NCBI GenBank assembly: GCA_963765765.1
Contig: CAVXYC010000015.1
Location: 608,001-672,000 of the forward strand
DNA length: 64,000 nt
Source: an uncultured Chloroflexia bacterium
GTDB lineage: Bacteria > Chloroflexota > UBA6077 > JACCZL01
Direction: 5' to 3'
The notes under the pieces are model-generated. The model was not told the DNA's origin, ran no database searches, and saw nothing but the letters and a program-made list of their open reading frames with translations. Shown here piece by piece: positions 41,141 through 51,185 of the stretch (positions within the stretch are counted from its first letter, which is position 1; every line of letters begins with the position of its first letter). The translations under genes were made by a program, and so were the position numbers.

Positions 41141-41338
41141 AGCTCCGTATCGTCTCCCCGGGTGAGCTCACCAACGCATTGTAGTGCCCGGCGGGCTACG
41201 GCGCGTAGAGACGAGGTGCAGCGGGCATACGGCGTTCACTGGCCCCATGCAAATCTCGCCACGCGGAGCAATTCCCTACCTTGCGCCTAGGGGCGTGCGT
41301 GGCGGACAGTTGAATCCAGAGTACGTGAGGAGCACGAT

Positions 41339-41657
41339 ATGAACACAAACCAACCTCGATCCGAGAAGCAGGGCGCATCCGGCTTTGGTCCCCGGCCTCC
41401 GGCCTTCGGTATGACTCGCGATCGCGGTCGACGCCTCGAGATCATCCTCGCATTCCGTTCGGGCGGAGTGATCAATGTCAATCACGAGATTGAGGAAGAC
41501 ATCACCGAAGAGCTCGTGAAGGCGTTTGCTGAGGAGCTCAGGGGTCAGGTGAGAGCCGGGGAGATACGTGGCTTCACTGATTCCTGGAGCACCACCGGGC
41601 AGTCACGCCTGGGTCAATCTGGCTGACGTGTCGGCATTCTCCGTCCGTCCCGCTAGA
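41339..41657 (+). CDS. Hypothetical protein (probable frameshift near the 3' end)
   Basis: RBS gaggag; ~100 aa ORF abutting the LLM gene. Confidence 0.55.
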
Positions 41658-42646
41658 TGAGGTTCGGCGTCACACTTAATCCCTTTCTCGATGCCTCCAC
41701 CGTGCTCGCGGAAGCGCAGCTCGCGGAGCGTATGGGCTACGACGCGGTCTGGATAGCGGACTCACAGCTCATCTGGCGTGAGGTGTACGTGCTCCTCGGG
41801 GCCACAGCGGTCACGACCTCGAACGTCCTGGTGGGGACGGCAGTAACAAACCCCGTGACTCGACACGCGGCGGTAACGGCAAGTAGTGCCATGACCCTTC
41901 AGGAGCTATCAGGTGGACGCATGCGCCTGGGAATCGGCGTCGGTGACAGCTCGCTCAAGACCATGGGGTTGACCGCCGCGCCGCGTCACGATTTGGAGTC
42001 GTACGTTTCGACCGTTCGAGCGCTCTGTGCCGGCAAGACGGTAAAGTCATCAACCGGCGAGATGCAGCTTGGATTCGGAGATGCTCAGCAGACGCCGCCG
42101 ATCATCATCGCGGGTGCCGGGCCGAAAATGCTGGAGCTAGCGGGTGAGATTGGTGATGGAGTCATGCTTTCCGGAGCAGCCCGCAACGATGCCGCGCTGG
42201 CATCCATGCTCGAGTACGTCAAAACGGGTCGTGCACGCACCGTCAGGGAGTCCAAACCCTACCGGCTGATCGTGGGCTGTGCGGGAGCTGTAGATGCTGA
42301 TGGACATAAGGCAAAGGTAGCGGTGAGACCGCATGTCGCACGGGGTCTATTGACCGCGCGCTGGGACCGAAGCGCACGGGCTCGCGAAGTCAGTGAGCAG
42401 GTCAAGGCGAAGTACGACTACTACAGCCATATGAATCCCAATGCGCCGCACGCTCAGCTCGTGCCGGATGACGTCGTTCCGGAGTTCGCGATTGGCGGAA
42501 CGCCGGACGAGTGCATAGCGCAGATTCGTGGCCTTGAAGACGCCGGGATCGATGAGCTGACGATCTACCCGTACGCCGTTGAAGGCGGAAGTCGCTCGGA
42601 CGTCATTTCGGCATTCGCGCGCGACGTTCTGGGTGCATTGCGTTAG
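41657..42646 (+). CDS. LLM class oxidoreductase (Mer-like, possibly F420-dependent)
   Basis: GYDAVWIADSQ, GTAVTNPVTRH, SGGRMRLGIGVGD, GPKMLELAGEIGDG. Confidence 0.9.
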   Translation: MRFGVTLNPFLDASTVLAEAQLAERMGYDAVWIADSQLIWREVYVLLGATAVTTSNVLVGTAVTNPVTRHAAVTASSAMTLQELSGGRMRLGIGVGDSSLKTMGLTAAPRHDLESYVSTVRALCAGKTVKSSTGEMQLGFGDAQQTPPIIIAGAGPKMLELAGEIGDGVMLSGAARNDAALASMLEYVKTGRARTVRESKPYRLIVGCAGAVDADGHKAKVAVRPHVARGLLTARWDRSARAREVSEQVKAKYDYYSHMNPNAPHAQLVPDDVVPEFAIGGTPDECIAQIRGLEDAGIDELTIYPYAVEGGSRSDVISAFARDVLGALR

Positions 42647-42769
42647 GCAATCCCAAGTAGTCAACTAGTCTCTCGCCATGGAATTATGGACGTGATGGCA
42701 ACGCTATCACGTCTCTCAATTGCTCACCGACGAATCTCAGGACGGCACTGTCGGATGGGCGCTCGGCGC

Positions 42770-42945
42770 CTACTCACGCGCCAGCATGGCAACGGCATCC
42801 AACTCCAGGTTCGCGTAGTGGTCGCCGCTGACATTGATCTTCACCTTCTTGATCGTGCCGGCGGTGAACGTGTTCGGCGTCGTGTACTCTTTGCTCACCG
42901 CGTCGCCGCTGAACCGCCCCACGCAGAGCCCGTCGCCGCCTTCAT
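42770..42945 (-). pseudogene. C-terminal fragment of an arylsulfatase
   Basis: Manual translation GDGLCVGRFSGDAVSKEYTTPNTFTAGTIKKVKINVSGDHYANLELDAVAMLARE*. Confidence 0.7.
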
Positions 42946-43498
42946 CGCCTTCGGTCAGGAGTTACCAGGCACGCGACAGCATCATTTCGAGCTGATGAAG
43001 CGTGTCGACTCCGCTGTCCTTCTGCACGTCATCAGCTTGGGGGACGCAGTGTCCATCCAGGTAGGTCTCATGAACCGACTTGGCCCCATGAAGCCGGGAG
43101 AGATCTGGGAGAACGACTTCACCAGTTGGATCCCCGAATTCGACAAGCAATTATCGCGGAAAATCGCCCGACGGATGGATAGTCACGCGGGCGCCCTATC
43201 CTGAGTAAGGACTACGACCGGTCTGAGGCGCTCGGAAGCGTTGATCTTACCCGACCATGACCTGCCTTGGGGCGCGGATCAGCGCGAATCTGACCTTCGC
43301 TGACTGCCTCTATTGGGTTTTTCGCGACGCCGTAGCGATTAACTGGTCCTATGCTGCTAGTCATCCAGTTCGCGGAAGCTACCAGTTCAGAGGAGAGGAG
43401 CTATGATCCGCCCAGATGATGATCTTGGCGCCGTGAGTGGGCTAGCGCCGTCGGGGTGTACCCTGGGGGCAACGCTGGAAAGCCATTCGCTTGCGGGA

Positions 43499-43729
43499 TC
43501 AGGGCCCCGCACCCGGATACCCATAGAGGGCGGTCGCTCCCAGCATGACGAGCGCGATGATGATCATGGCGAGGCCGACGATGGCCCCCTGGCCGTTCGT
43601 CGGGAGCTCGGGTGGCACAGGCATCCGCGATCTGTCTGACACTAGTCTTCCCCCGGGCATCCAGCTATGTCCCACGCTGGCGAAGCTCTTACTTAAACGG
43701 CCCGTAAGTTTATCAATGTCAATATCCAT
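43499..43729 (-). CDS. Small single-TM hypothetical protein
   Basis: MDIDIDKLTG...GAIVGLAMIIIALVMLGATALYG. Confidence 0.45.
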   Translation of the reverse strand: MDIDIDKLTGRLSKSFASVGHSWMPGGRLVSDRSRMPVPPELPTNGQGAIVGLAMIIIALVMLGATALYGYPGAGP

Positions 43730-43794
43730 TTCGATTTTACTTGTGCTTGTCACTGACGGGCCCGGGTCCTGCATTCATCGCCGCCAACTGGTGC

Positions 43795-44070
43795 TTAGAT
43801 CCTGGGGACCCGCCGGAACGCATCCGCGGGAAGCCGATCAACAAGATTGCGCCGATGAAGGCGACGATGATGGTCCCGATGAAGCCCGCGCTGTTTCCGG
43901 GCGCTATCGCTCCAATCAGCAATCCGCCCACGAAAGCCCCCATGATCTCGACGACGATGTCGCCGACCAAGCCGGCGTCGCTCCCCTTCATGAACTTTCC
44001 GGCAACCCGAGCCGGAGTTCAGGTTCACAATCAGCCACGTAATCAGTCCACCAGGCTCAAGTACTATGAC
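43795..44070 (-). pseudogene. Degenerate GlsB/YeaQ/YmgE family gene
   Basis: GLITWLIV / MKGSDAGLVGDIVVEIMGAFVGG...GTIIVAFIGAILL; paralog of 57381-57671. Confidence 0.75.
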
Positions 44071-44314
44071 GCACTCCTTTGGTACGGAATGGGGATGAGT
44101 GAGAGCGCAATTCGGCTGCGGAGTGGAGGGACCAGCGCCTGAGTATCGAAATTCTGGTGCGGCTCAATTGGCAGTGTCGCGATCGCCTAACGCGCTACAT
44201 CGGCATCCGGCTCATGCCCTCTGGAGCGCATTCATTTTCCCACGAACCGACTCTCGCCGCTGAAGTCCAGGGTCGGACGCATGGGTCACTGAATCATCGG
44301 CCCATCGGATTGGC

Positions 44315-44542
44315 TTACTCCCGCCTATCGAACGGCTCGAGATCCTCCAGCATGCACGAACGAGGCTCGGATGTGTCCCAGCTTACCTTGCCCCCTTCTG
44401 CCACCGAGCTAATCACGCGGAGTCGAACATGATACAAGGCGTCGTCTCCCGATCCTTGCACTGCGTCGACAATGCCGCGCTGATAGAGCGACTTGACCCT
44501 GACGGGCTGGTTCTTGATTGGCGGCCACGGATCCTGTTGCAT
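44315..44542 (-). CDS. Small hypothetical protein, WPP/SH3-like family copy 1
   Basis: WPPIKNQPVRVKS...GIVDAVQGSGDDALYHV...LEDLEP; aligns with 61866-62096. Confidence 0.7.
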   Translation of the reverse strand: MQQDPWPPIKNQPVRVKSLYQRGIVDAVQGSGDDALYHVRLRVISSVAEGGKVSWDTSEPRSCMLEDLEPFDRRE

Positions 44543-44603
44543 CTCTTGTCCTTCACTGCGATCGGTGCATCTTTTCTACTCGGGCCGGTGGACCGCCGAA
44601 CGG

Positions 44604-44912
44604 TCAGGCGCGAGAAGCCACGAAAGGTGGCCCGTTCACCACGGCCACGCAGCTCACTTCCCAGACGTCAGCGTCCGGAAACCACGCTCGTCGCGTCGCG
44701 ACACCCGATGGCGGCAGACGATCCATGCCGCTTCCGTCCGGGACCGAGATAAGCCGGATACGCGATCGCGCGCCCGTTCCGCGCAGCTCCACCACCGTGA
44801 CCGGAAAATGGCTCAGCGGATTGATACGCGCCTGATGTACCACCTCACCGAACGTGTGGCTGCTCGTCACGGCGCGCCAGTGCGCGCCATACTCTGAAGG
44901 TGCGGTCGTCAT
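44604..44912 (-). CDS. Hypothetical protein
   Basis: RBS aaagga before ATG 44912; no recognisable motif. Confidence 0.4.
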   Translation of the reverse strand: MTTAPSEYGAHWRAVTSSHTFGEVVHQARINPLSHFPVTVVELRGTGARSRIRLISVPDGSGMDRLPPSGVATRRAWFPDADVWEVSCVAVVNGPPFVASRA

Positions 44913-45100
44913 AATCGTCCTTTCATCGGTCCATCGGGCCGACGCCACAGGCGTTTTGCGCTGATCTTCCGCCCAACCGCACCCGGCGATCGCCTCCACG
45001 CCGGCCTTTTAGCACATTCGAGTGTCAGGAGCATCGGCTCGTTCAGTGATCCTGAGCGCCCCCGGCCGGCATCGCCAGCGTGCTCCGTGCGCGGCTCGCC

Positions 45101-45430
45101 TTAGCCGGGCTGGGTTCGGTCGCCGGCGACCCAGGCGCCCGCTCGGATCGCGCGGCACATTTCGGTGAAGAGCGCGTACACCTCCGGATCATCGGTGCAC
45201 CCCACCAGCTCGGCCGGGCTGATGGCGGGGCTATACGCCCCCCGGACGTAGGCGTTCTTCGTGAGGTCCGGCAGCTCCGATTTCAGGTATGCAACACCCG
45301 TGAGAATGCCGCGTTCGAGCAGGACCGACCGCTGACTGCTATCGAAGTGCGCGGGATGCCCGTCGAGCCGAAGATCCAGAGCTCGTTGGCCCAGCCGATC
45401 CTGCACCCACGCCACATTAGTGATGATCAC
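45101..45430 (-). CDS. Hypothetical protein
   Basis: RBS aggagaagg before GTG 45430; divergent from the XRE gene. Confidence 0.55.
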   Translation of the reverse strand: MIITNVAWVQDRLGQRALDLRLDGHPAHFDSSQRSVLLERGILTGVAYLKSELPDLTKNAYVRGAYSPAISPAELVGCTDDPEVYALFTEMCRAIRAGAWVAGDRTQPG

Positions 45431-45524
45431 GTTCCTTCTCCTTGGCCCAGGTCCTCGGCACACGCTACCCGAATGCTTCGGCACGGGCGTGCCGGCACCC
45501 CGCGGAGCAGCCAGCGCTTCACGA

Positions 45525-45580
45525 TATAGCATTATCATAGCATATTGCTATAATTGTATTGTTTTCCGGTAACATGTTAA
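45525..45580 (+). promoter_or_regulatory. AT-rich promoter/operator of the XRE operon
   Basis: Extended -10 TGcTATAAT (45546-45554) overlapped by palindrome ATAGCA-TAT-TGCTAT (45537-45551); TAACATGTTA at 45570-45579. Confidence 0.65.
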
Positions 45581-45624
45581 TGTTTCGACGACATCTTTCT
45601 ACTAACACTCGAAATGAGACTCTC

Positions 45625-45975
45625 ATGACCTTCGCTGCTAAGCTTCGGCGCGTGCGGCTCGAGCGTTTTCTTTCCCAGGGCGAGCTCGCCCGCCGCGCCG
45701 GGATCCGCCCTGCGACTATCACGCGACTCGAGGCCGCAACAACCGTCCCATCGATGCGCACGGTGCGCGCCCTGGCCGAGGCCCTGGAGATTGAGCCACA
45801 CCAGCTCGCTGATCCGCTGGAAGTGGCGGAAGTCCGCCGACTTTCCAACCCCACAAAGAGTCGGGACGATGATCGACTGGGCGCCTGGAATGACGACGGC
45901 GGCGCGGCGGACTCGAAGGACGGCCGACCGATCACCGAAGCGCCCAAGCCAATGCTGAACGGACTACCGACATGA
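45625..45975 (+). CDS. XRE family HTH regulator
   Basis: KLRRVRLERFLSQGELARRAGIRPATITRLE...PSMRTVRALAEALEI. Confidence 0.9.
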   Translation: MTFAAKLRRVRLERFLSQGELARRAGIRPATITRLEAATTVPSMRTVRALAEALEIEPHQLADPLEVAEVRRLSNPTKSRDDDRLGAWNDDGGAADSKDGRPITEAPKPMLNGLPT

Positions 45976-46415
45976 GTAACTTTCAGGACCAACTGCGACA
46001 ATTCGAGCACGCGTCGGATCACGTCGCATCGGAAGAATCCCAGCAGCAGGCGCTGCTCGCTCGCAATCGGGCGGAACAGATCACGGCCGCACACGCTCTG
46101 CGCGGGATTATTGACTCGTGCATCAGCGAGGCCAAGCTCGTTGTGCCATCGATGCGGACCGAGCACGCCGCGAGTGACCAGCCCCTCCAGGAATGGACGC
46201 TGCGCTGGAAGGATGGGGATCGCGGCCTGAAAATTCAACTGCTGCAAGACCAGGGAGTCGTTTGGTGGACATGGTTTGGCCACGGACGAACGTCGGCCGT
46301 GGCGAAACGATCGGCCCGCGACGCCGATCAGAAGTTCATCGAGAACCTTATCGCTGCCCTCGCGGATCCGGCCCCGTGGCAGCGCGGTGGCTACCCGCCC
46401 GCCCCGACGTGGTAG
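45972..46415 (+). CDS. Hypothetical protein, paralog A
   Basis: ATGA overlap with XRE; full-length similarity to 46504-46932. Confidence 0.75.
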   Translation: MSNFQDQLRQFEHASDHVASEESQQQALLARNRAEQITAAHALRGIIDSCISEAKLVVPSMRTEHAASDQPLQEWTLRWKDGDRGLKIQLLQDQGVVWWTWFGHGRTSAVAKRSARDADQKFIENLIAALADPAPWQRGGYPPAPTW

Positions 46416-46503
46416 AGAGGAAGCGCGACGCAACGTCACGGTCGACGGCACCGAATTCGGCCCCGCGCAGCATGCGCGGGGTGAAGCGCCGTCCAGAGAG
46501 AGC

Positions 46504-46932
46504 ATGAACAAATTCCAGGATGAACTCAGGCGTTTGGAGCAGGAATCTGAGCGCAAGGCCGCACGAGACGCCGCTGCGCAGGCGGCGGAGCAGCGGAAGA
46601 AGGATCGGGCCGTGGCGGCTGCGCGGACGCTGGAACGAGTCATCGAGAAGTGCGTGGAGGAAGCGCAAGCGGCCTCGTCAATCGCGGTCGAACGGGCAAA
46701 CGCTGGAGATGGGAAGGCGATCTGGGTCCTGTGGTGGAAGGATCGGAGCCGAGGGGTCGAGATCAAGCTGGCGACGCGCGACGGGCAGTTGTGCTGGAGT
46801 TGGCAGGCCGATCGGAAATCGCCGGTAACATCCCGCGCCGCCACGGATATCGACGAAGCCTTCATTCAACAGCTCGTAATCACCCTGGCCGACCAATCAG
46901 CCTGGCGAGCCGGCGGTTTTCCCACCCTCTAG
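46504..46932 (+). CDS. Hypothetical protein, paralog B
   Basis: MNKFQDELRRLE...WVLWWKDRSRGVEIKL...FIQQLVITLADQSAWRAGGFP. Confidence 0.75.
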   Translation: MNKFQDELRRLEQESERKAARDAAAQAAEQRKKDRAVAAARTLERVIEKCVEEAQAASSIAVERANAGDGKAIWVLWWKDRSRGVEIKLATRDGQLCWSWQADRKSPVTSRAATDIDEAFIQQLVITLADQSAWRAGGFPTL

Positions 46933-47332
46933 AACTCCCCCAATCACCCGACCTGGCGGCTGCGCACGGACCGTCCGCTCGTCCAGCGCGTCGTCCGAAT
47001 GACACCAACGGCCGACAATCACGAAGCCGCGCTCGAGAACTGCGTGCCCCAACCGTGACGCGGGCGGGTCAGCCCGGTGGGCTTCCGCTAGCCCGCGGCG
47101 ATGGCGAGCCCCCAGCAGCCCGATCACGCGCACGGTTCGGGAAGAGGCGGTGCGCGAGCGTGCAGGGACGGTCAACCTCCGGTGCCGATTCCCACAGGCG
47201 CAATGACAGCCATGCTCGCGTTGCCAGTCACTGGCTCCGAGAACCATTGGGCTGTAAGCTGGCAGATCGTGAATCGGCTGTCAAACACGCCTCGGCTCAC
47301 GAGATCGTAGGGCACTAGGCCTCACTGTTCCC

Positions 47333-47544
47333 CTCGCTGAATTTCGGGCGACCATCGGCGATGATTGACGGGGCGTGTTGTCCCGACGGGCGTCCCACGC
47401 GATCCGACTATGGCGAGAGGAGTGCCAGGAGGCGTCGCATGGCATCGCCCAGCTCCTGGCGACGTCCCTCATCTGAGCGTTGGCTCGGGTGCATGCGTTC
47501 CCATTCGTGGACATGGTCCACATCGGCAACCGTAATGCGTGCGA
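47333..47544 (-). repeat. ~210-bp repeat, copy 1 (inverted relative to 51186-51401)
   Basis: 30-nt identical core ccccgtcaatcatcgccgatggtcgcccga plus a diverged coding part. Confidence 0.85.
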
Positions 47545-47668
47545 GGCGATGGGCGTCCATCATCGTCTCTCCGACCGGTTGGGGTGGGATTCCGTGAAAT
47601 GCGCCACGCCGCACGGCGGCCGCGAGATCGTTCCGCAGCATCTCCAGCTCGCCCCAGTCCACCAGCAT
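47408..47668 (-). CDS. Small hypothetical protein (ARITxADVDHVxEW family)
   Basis: Synonymous third-position differences versus the 51140 copy support this frame. Confidence 0.6.
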   Translation of the reverse strand: MLVDWGELEMLRNDLAAAVRRGAFHGIPPQPVGETMMDAHRLARITVADVDHVHEWERMHPSQRSDEGRRQELGDAMRRLLALLSP

Positions 47669-47921
47669 TTCAAACCGCGCACTTTGCTTACTTTAAGTGT
47701 CTCTCGAACGGTGACGTCTGGATAGATGCACCGGTGCATAAAGATGCACGGAGATACGAACGTGGCAGGGAATCATCTCGTCGAGAGAGGGCCAGGACAC
47801 CACCCCGCCCCGCAGCGGCACGAGAAACGGCCGCTGCGGAACAGCCACTCTCGCTCGTCTGGCTGGTGATAGTGGTGCATGCACATCTGCATCTTCTCCA
47901 CCGACGAGCGCTTCGGATAGG

Positions 47922-48359
47922 ATGACGACCGTGGCCGCTCCCCATGCTCCCCGGAAGTCGGTGGTCGTGATTGACGATGACCCCGACATCACGTTCGTGC
48001 TCTGCACGGCTCTGGAGGATGACGGGTATCGCGTCGTCTGTTACACCCAGGCATCGATCGCGTTGGAGTCGGTGGTTGCAGACCAGCCCGACCTGGTGAT
48101 CCTGGACTGGTGGCTGCCCGAGAGCGGCGGAAACACCCTGCTCTCCGCCCTGCGCGAGAACCCTCGCACCGCCCACGTGCCGGTCCTCGTGTGCACGGCG
48201 GACGCCACCGTCCTCGACTATCGCGATGCGCTCGCGCGGAATGGCGCGGACATCCTGCTCAAACCGTTCGAGCTGGACGGCCTGCCCACCATGGTGGGGC
48301 GGATGACGGGCGGGAATTCGTCGCCTGACCCGTGGGTTGAATCCAGTAGCGCGCAATGA
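47922..48359 (+). CDS. Single-domain response regulator (receiver)
   Basis: VIDDD, PDLVILDWWLP, PVLVCTA, KPF. Confidence 0.9.
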   Translation: MTTVAAPHAPRKSVVVIDDDPDITFVLCTALEDDGYRVVCYTQASIALESVVADQPDLVILDWWLPESGGNTLLSALRENPRTAHVPVLVCTADATVLDYRDALARNGADILLKPFELDGLPTMVGRMTGGNSSPDPWVESSSAQ

Positions 48360-48377
48360 TGGCGGAACTGCGGGGAG

Positions 48378-48880
48378 CTAGGCCGAGGTGATCGGCACGA
48401 TGAGCTCAGACCCCGAAGCCCTCGCGCCATTGACCTTCGTGCTCACCGGGTAGGCTTCCATCGCATCCGCGGGATACGGCAGCAGCATGGTCAGCGCCTC
48501 GGACGTGTCGGTCATGGTGGGATCCAGCCAGACCTCTTCCAGCGCCGGCAGCAGAATGGCGGGCATCCTAGTGTGGATGGGCACTACGAGCTCGTTCGGC
48601 GTGGTGGTAATGATCACCGCGGTACCGCCAGGCTTGTCCTTCGTCGGCTTCGTGGAGAGCCCCCCAAAGCCGAATATCGCGTGATCCTTCAGGCGGACAT
48701 GCATCGGCTGTTTGGTCTTCTCGCCCTAGATGCCCTTCCATTCAAAGAAGCCGTCCGCCGGGATGATGGGAACATCCCGCTGGTTGCGAGCGTCTCGGCC
48801 CGAGCATTGATGGGCGGTGGACGTTTGCCCGTTTTCCCGTCCATAAAGAAGGGGATGAAGCCCCACTTCACAATCCGCAG
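48378..48880 (-). pseudogene. Degraded SOS response-associated peptidase (SRAP/YedK)
   Basis: KWGFIP, INARAETL, IPADGFFEW followed by an in-frame stop, IHTRMPAIL, YPVSTKVN; N-terminal catalytic Cys region missing. Confidence 0.85.
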
Positions 48881-48889
48881 ACTGTTAGG

Positions 48890-49560
48890 GCATGAGCCGT
48901 GGACGTCGCCGGCTTTCACCCGGCTATCTGCGGAGGCAAGAGTTGCAGACCCACCGCTTTGGCGGTGCGCTCCACGCCGGAGTCTCTCGAAATCCGCACC
49001 AGATAGCGGCCGGCAGCCATCCCGCTCGTCTCGATCTGCTCGCCCGTCCGTGTTGAGACGGCTTCGCTGACGACGTTGCCATCGAGGTCCAGCAACTCGA
49101 TCCGCACCGCTCCTCCGGCCGGGCAAAGACAATTGCCGGGCCGTCGCCTCGGTCCTCACCCAGATTCACAGCGAAATACTTCTCTCGCTCGAACATGCGG
49201 TACGGCTCGGACTCACCCCACCACTTCGGGAGCACCTCCAGCTCCTCTTGCAGCGGCCCCGGGAGTGCGCGCGCGTCGACCTAACCGCGTGGAGATCGTG
49301 TAGCGATTCACTGTGCTGCCGGACACCTTCAGGTAGCATCTCGTCTTCTCCGGCGGTACCACGCCCACGCTACGGCGGTTGCTCCACGTTTGGATTACGT
49401 GACGTGCCGAGTCGTAGAGCGTTACATCGAGCGGCACGTCGGTGTTGCCAACGGTGACGGTAGGGATGCGGAAGACGCTCGACTCGGGCACCTCTAGGGC
49501 GTAGTAGTCGGGATTGATCGCCCAACCCTTCATCAGATACGACCGGACCGTGTGCAGCAT
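48890..49560 (-). pseudogene. Frameshifted fragment of a larger unknown protein
   Basis: Three overlapping minus-strand ORFs (49213-49560, 48924-49235, 48916-49107) read as one continuous beta-rich polypeptide. Confidence 0.45.
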
Positions 49561-49865
49561 GGCCTGAAAGGTCCCCGGCCCCCGGCTCGGCGGTTCAGTT
49601 ATCTTGAGAGTTACTCCAGGATTCGACCCCGTAAGCGGTTGGCCCGTGGATTAACCGCGCGAGCCTCGATACGCGCACGCGTCACGACGGTCCTGAGCAG
49701 GAGCAGCATGGTCTGCGTGAGCGCATCCCTCCCGACTGAGCTACCGCCCGGCGCCGGGCTCCACTCCTCCGGCCGTGAACGATTCCATGAGCACATCGTG
49801 TGAACGCCTTACGCCGGTCCGATCAGAAGTCTGCCGGCTGATTTTCTACGGGGGGCCTACAGGAT

Positions 49866-50063
49866 TTACTTAAATGGGGGAAGCCTGCGCTGAGCGCCGG
49901 ACTCTCTAAGCCGACCCAGCCAGATCCACAAAACGTCCTCTGGGTGCAGGTTTCCTCGGCTATACGGGGGAGGTGGGGGATGATCGTTGCCCTGCGCAGC
50001 GAGGTAGTAATCGAGCTCATCCTGCGCCTCGTCCGTCCACTCGTGTCGGGTCCTCATAACCAT
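49866..50063 (-). CDS. Small hypothetical protein
   Basis: RBS gagga; 65 aa, protein-like composition. Confidence 0.4.
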   Translation of the reverse strand: MVMRTRHEWTDEAQDELDYYLAAQGNDHPPPPPYSRGNLHPEDVLWIWLGRLRESGAQRRLPPFK

Positions 50064-50195
50064 CGCGCTGTCCTCACATCACCGTATTCGCGAGCCCGAC
50101 GGAAAAACCCTTGCGGGAAATCGATCAGCGCGCTGCCGGGCGGGGCTGGAAGAAGGGAAACCGCCACGCAAACGACCGGTCCGCCACGACTGCGA

Positions 50196-50423
50196 CTAGA
50201 TCAGCGTGAGCTCGTCACTGTCGAACCACTCTCGCGGCAGATCAAGATCAAGCGCCTTGCCTGCGCTGTTTGCGTGGGCGTCGGTCATTTTGACCTCAAC
50301 ACGTATCAGACCATTGATCTCCGAGACGCTCCGGACTGTCCCAATTCGACTATCAGCTCGGACCTCAACGCTGTCGCCCTTCTTCGGTCTCCACATGATG
50401 ACTGGCATTTCTTTCATCTCCAT
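50196..50423 (-). CDS. Small hypothetical protein, WPP/SH3-like family divergent copy
   Basis: WRPKKGDSVEVRADSRIGTVRSV...VEV...WFDSDEL. Confidence 0.55.
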   Translation of the reverse strand: MEMKEMPVIMWRPKKGDSVEVRADSRIGTVRSVSEINGLIRVEVKMTDAHANSAGKALDLDLPREWFDSDELTLI

Positions 50424-50626
50424 TCCCGAGCAGAACAAACGCTTACGCCGGCCCGATCAGATCCAACACCGTCTGAATGATGTCGTCGATGTCGAGCGGC
50501 TTCACAAGCGTTCGTGCATCGCCATAGCGTTCCACGTCGGCCCGCGCCCGGTCGAGCAGTTTCGGGTTGGTCGCGGGGTATCACACCCTTCCGCCAGGAG
50601 TTGGAGGACATCGATCTCGTGGGCAG

Positions 50627-50800
50627 TCAGATGTTCCGAGAGCTCTGCCGGAGCAGCACGCGCCGCCGATCACGAAGGGCCGCGGTGATGCGCGCCCTGA
50701 CCGCGGGAGGCATGAATATTTCGCCACGTGCCGCCCGGTGCACCGCCTCCACCACATGGCGCAGCCCGGACCGTTTGAGCAGCACGCCGATGGTAGTGTC
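50627..50800 (-). pseudogene. Fragment of a NarL/LuxR-type response regulator
   Basis: GVLLKRSGLRHVVEAVHRAARGEIFMPPAV receiver C-terminus/linker. Confidence 0.55.
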
Positions 50801-51185
50801 CAACGGATCGTCCCCTTTCCAACGTCGGGCTTCGCGGATCGACGTCGGCCTATGCACGGGTAGTCCCATTAGGGAGCATCATGTCGCCGACATCGACTTC
50901 TGTCATGAGTTTTTCGTCATGCCGATCGCCCACATGCCCCGGAATCCACTCTGAATGTCCCGGTCAGTCCGGGTTAGAATCGAGCTCCTTCCAAACGCTG
51001 ACGGAGCACGGGGTGCCACCGGGCCACCACTTCCCCCGGTCGGTACCAATGCGGGTCCGGCCCTCTCCGTCCGGAAGTTACCGTCAGGGTCCGTCGAACT
51101 ATCAAGGTCGTTCGCCAGAAGTAGCCCAGGCCTAGCCTGGTGACCACGGAGGCCGGCAATAGCTCGCCGGCCGAAGCGGCTCTCT

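Noticed and set aside
42686-43204. 172-aa plus-strand ORF
   Set aside because: Its first half is antisense to the arylsulfatase fragment; the rest is an unidentifiable remnant.
45519-46865. 448-aa minus-strand ORF
   Set aside because: Antisense shadow of the XRE gene and its two paralogs; Ser/Arg-rich with no motifs.
49612-49750. tRNA-like pieces on the minus strand (GGGCGGTAGCTCAGTCGGGAG ... GGGGTCGAATCC)
   Set aside because: The D-arm-like and T-arm-like pieces are over 100 nt apart, there is no matching 3' acceptor strand and no proper anticodon loop; chance or an unrecognisable relic.
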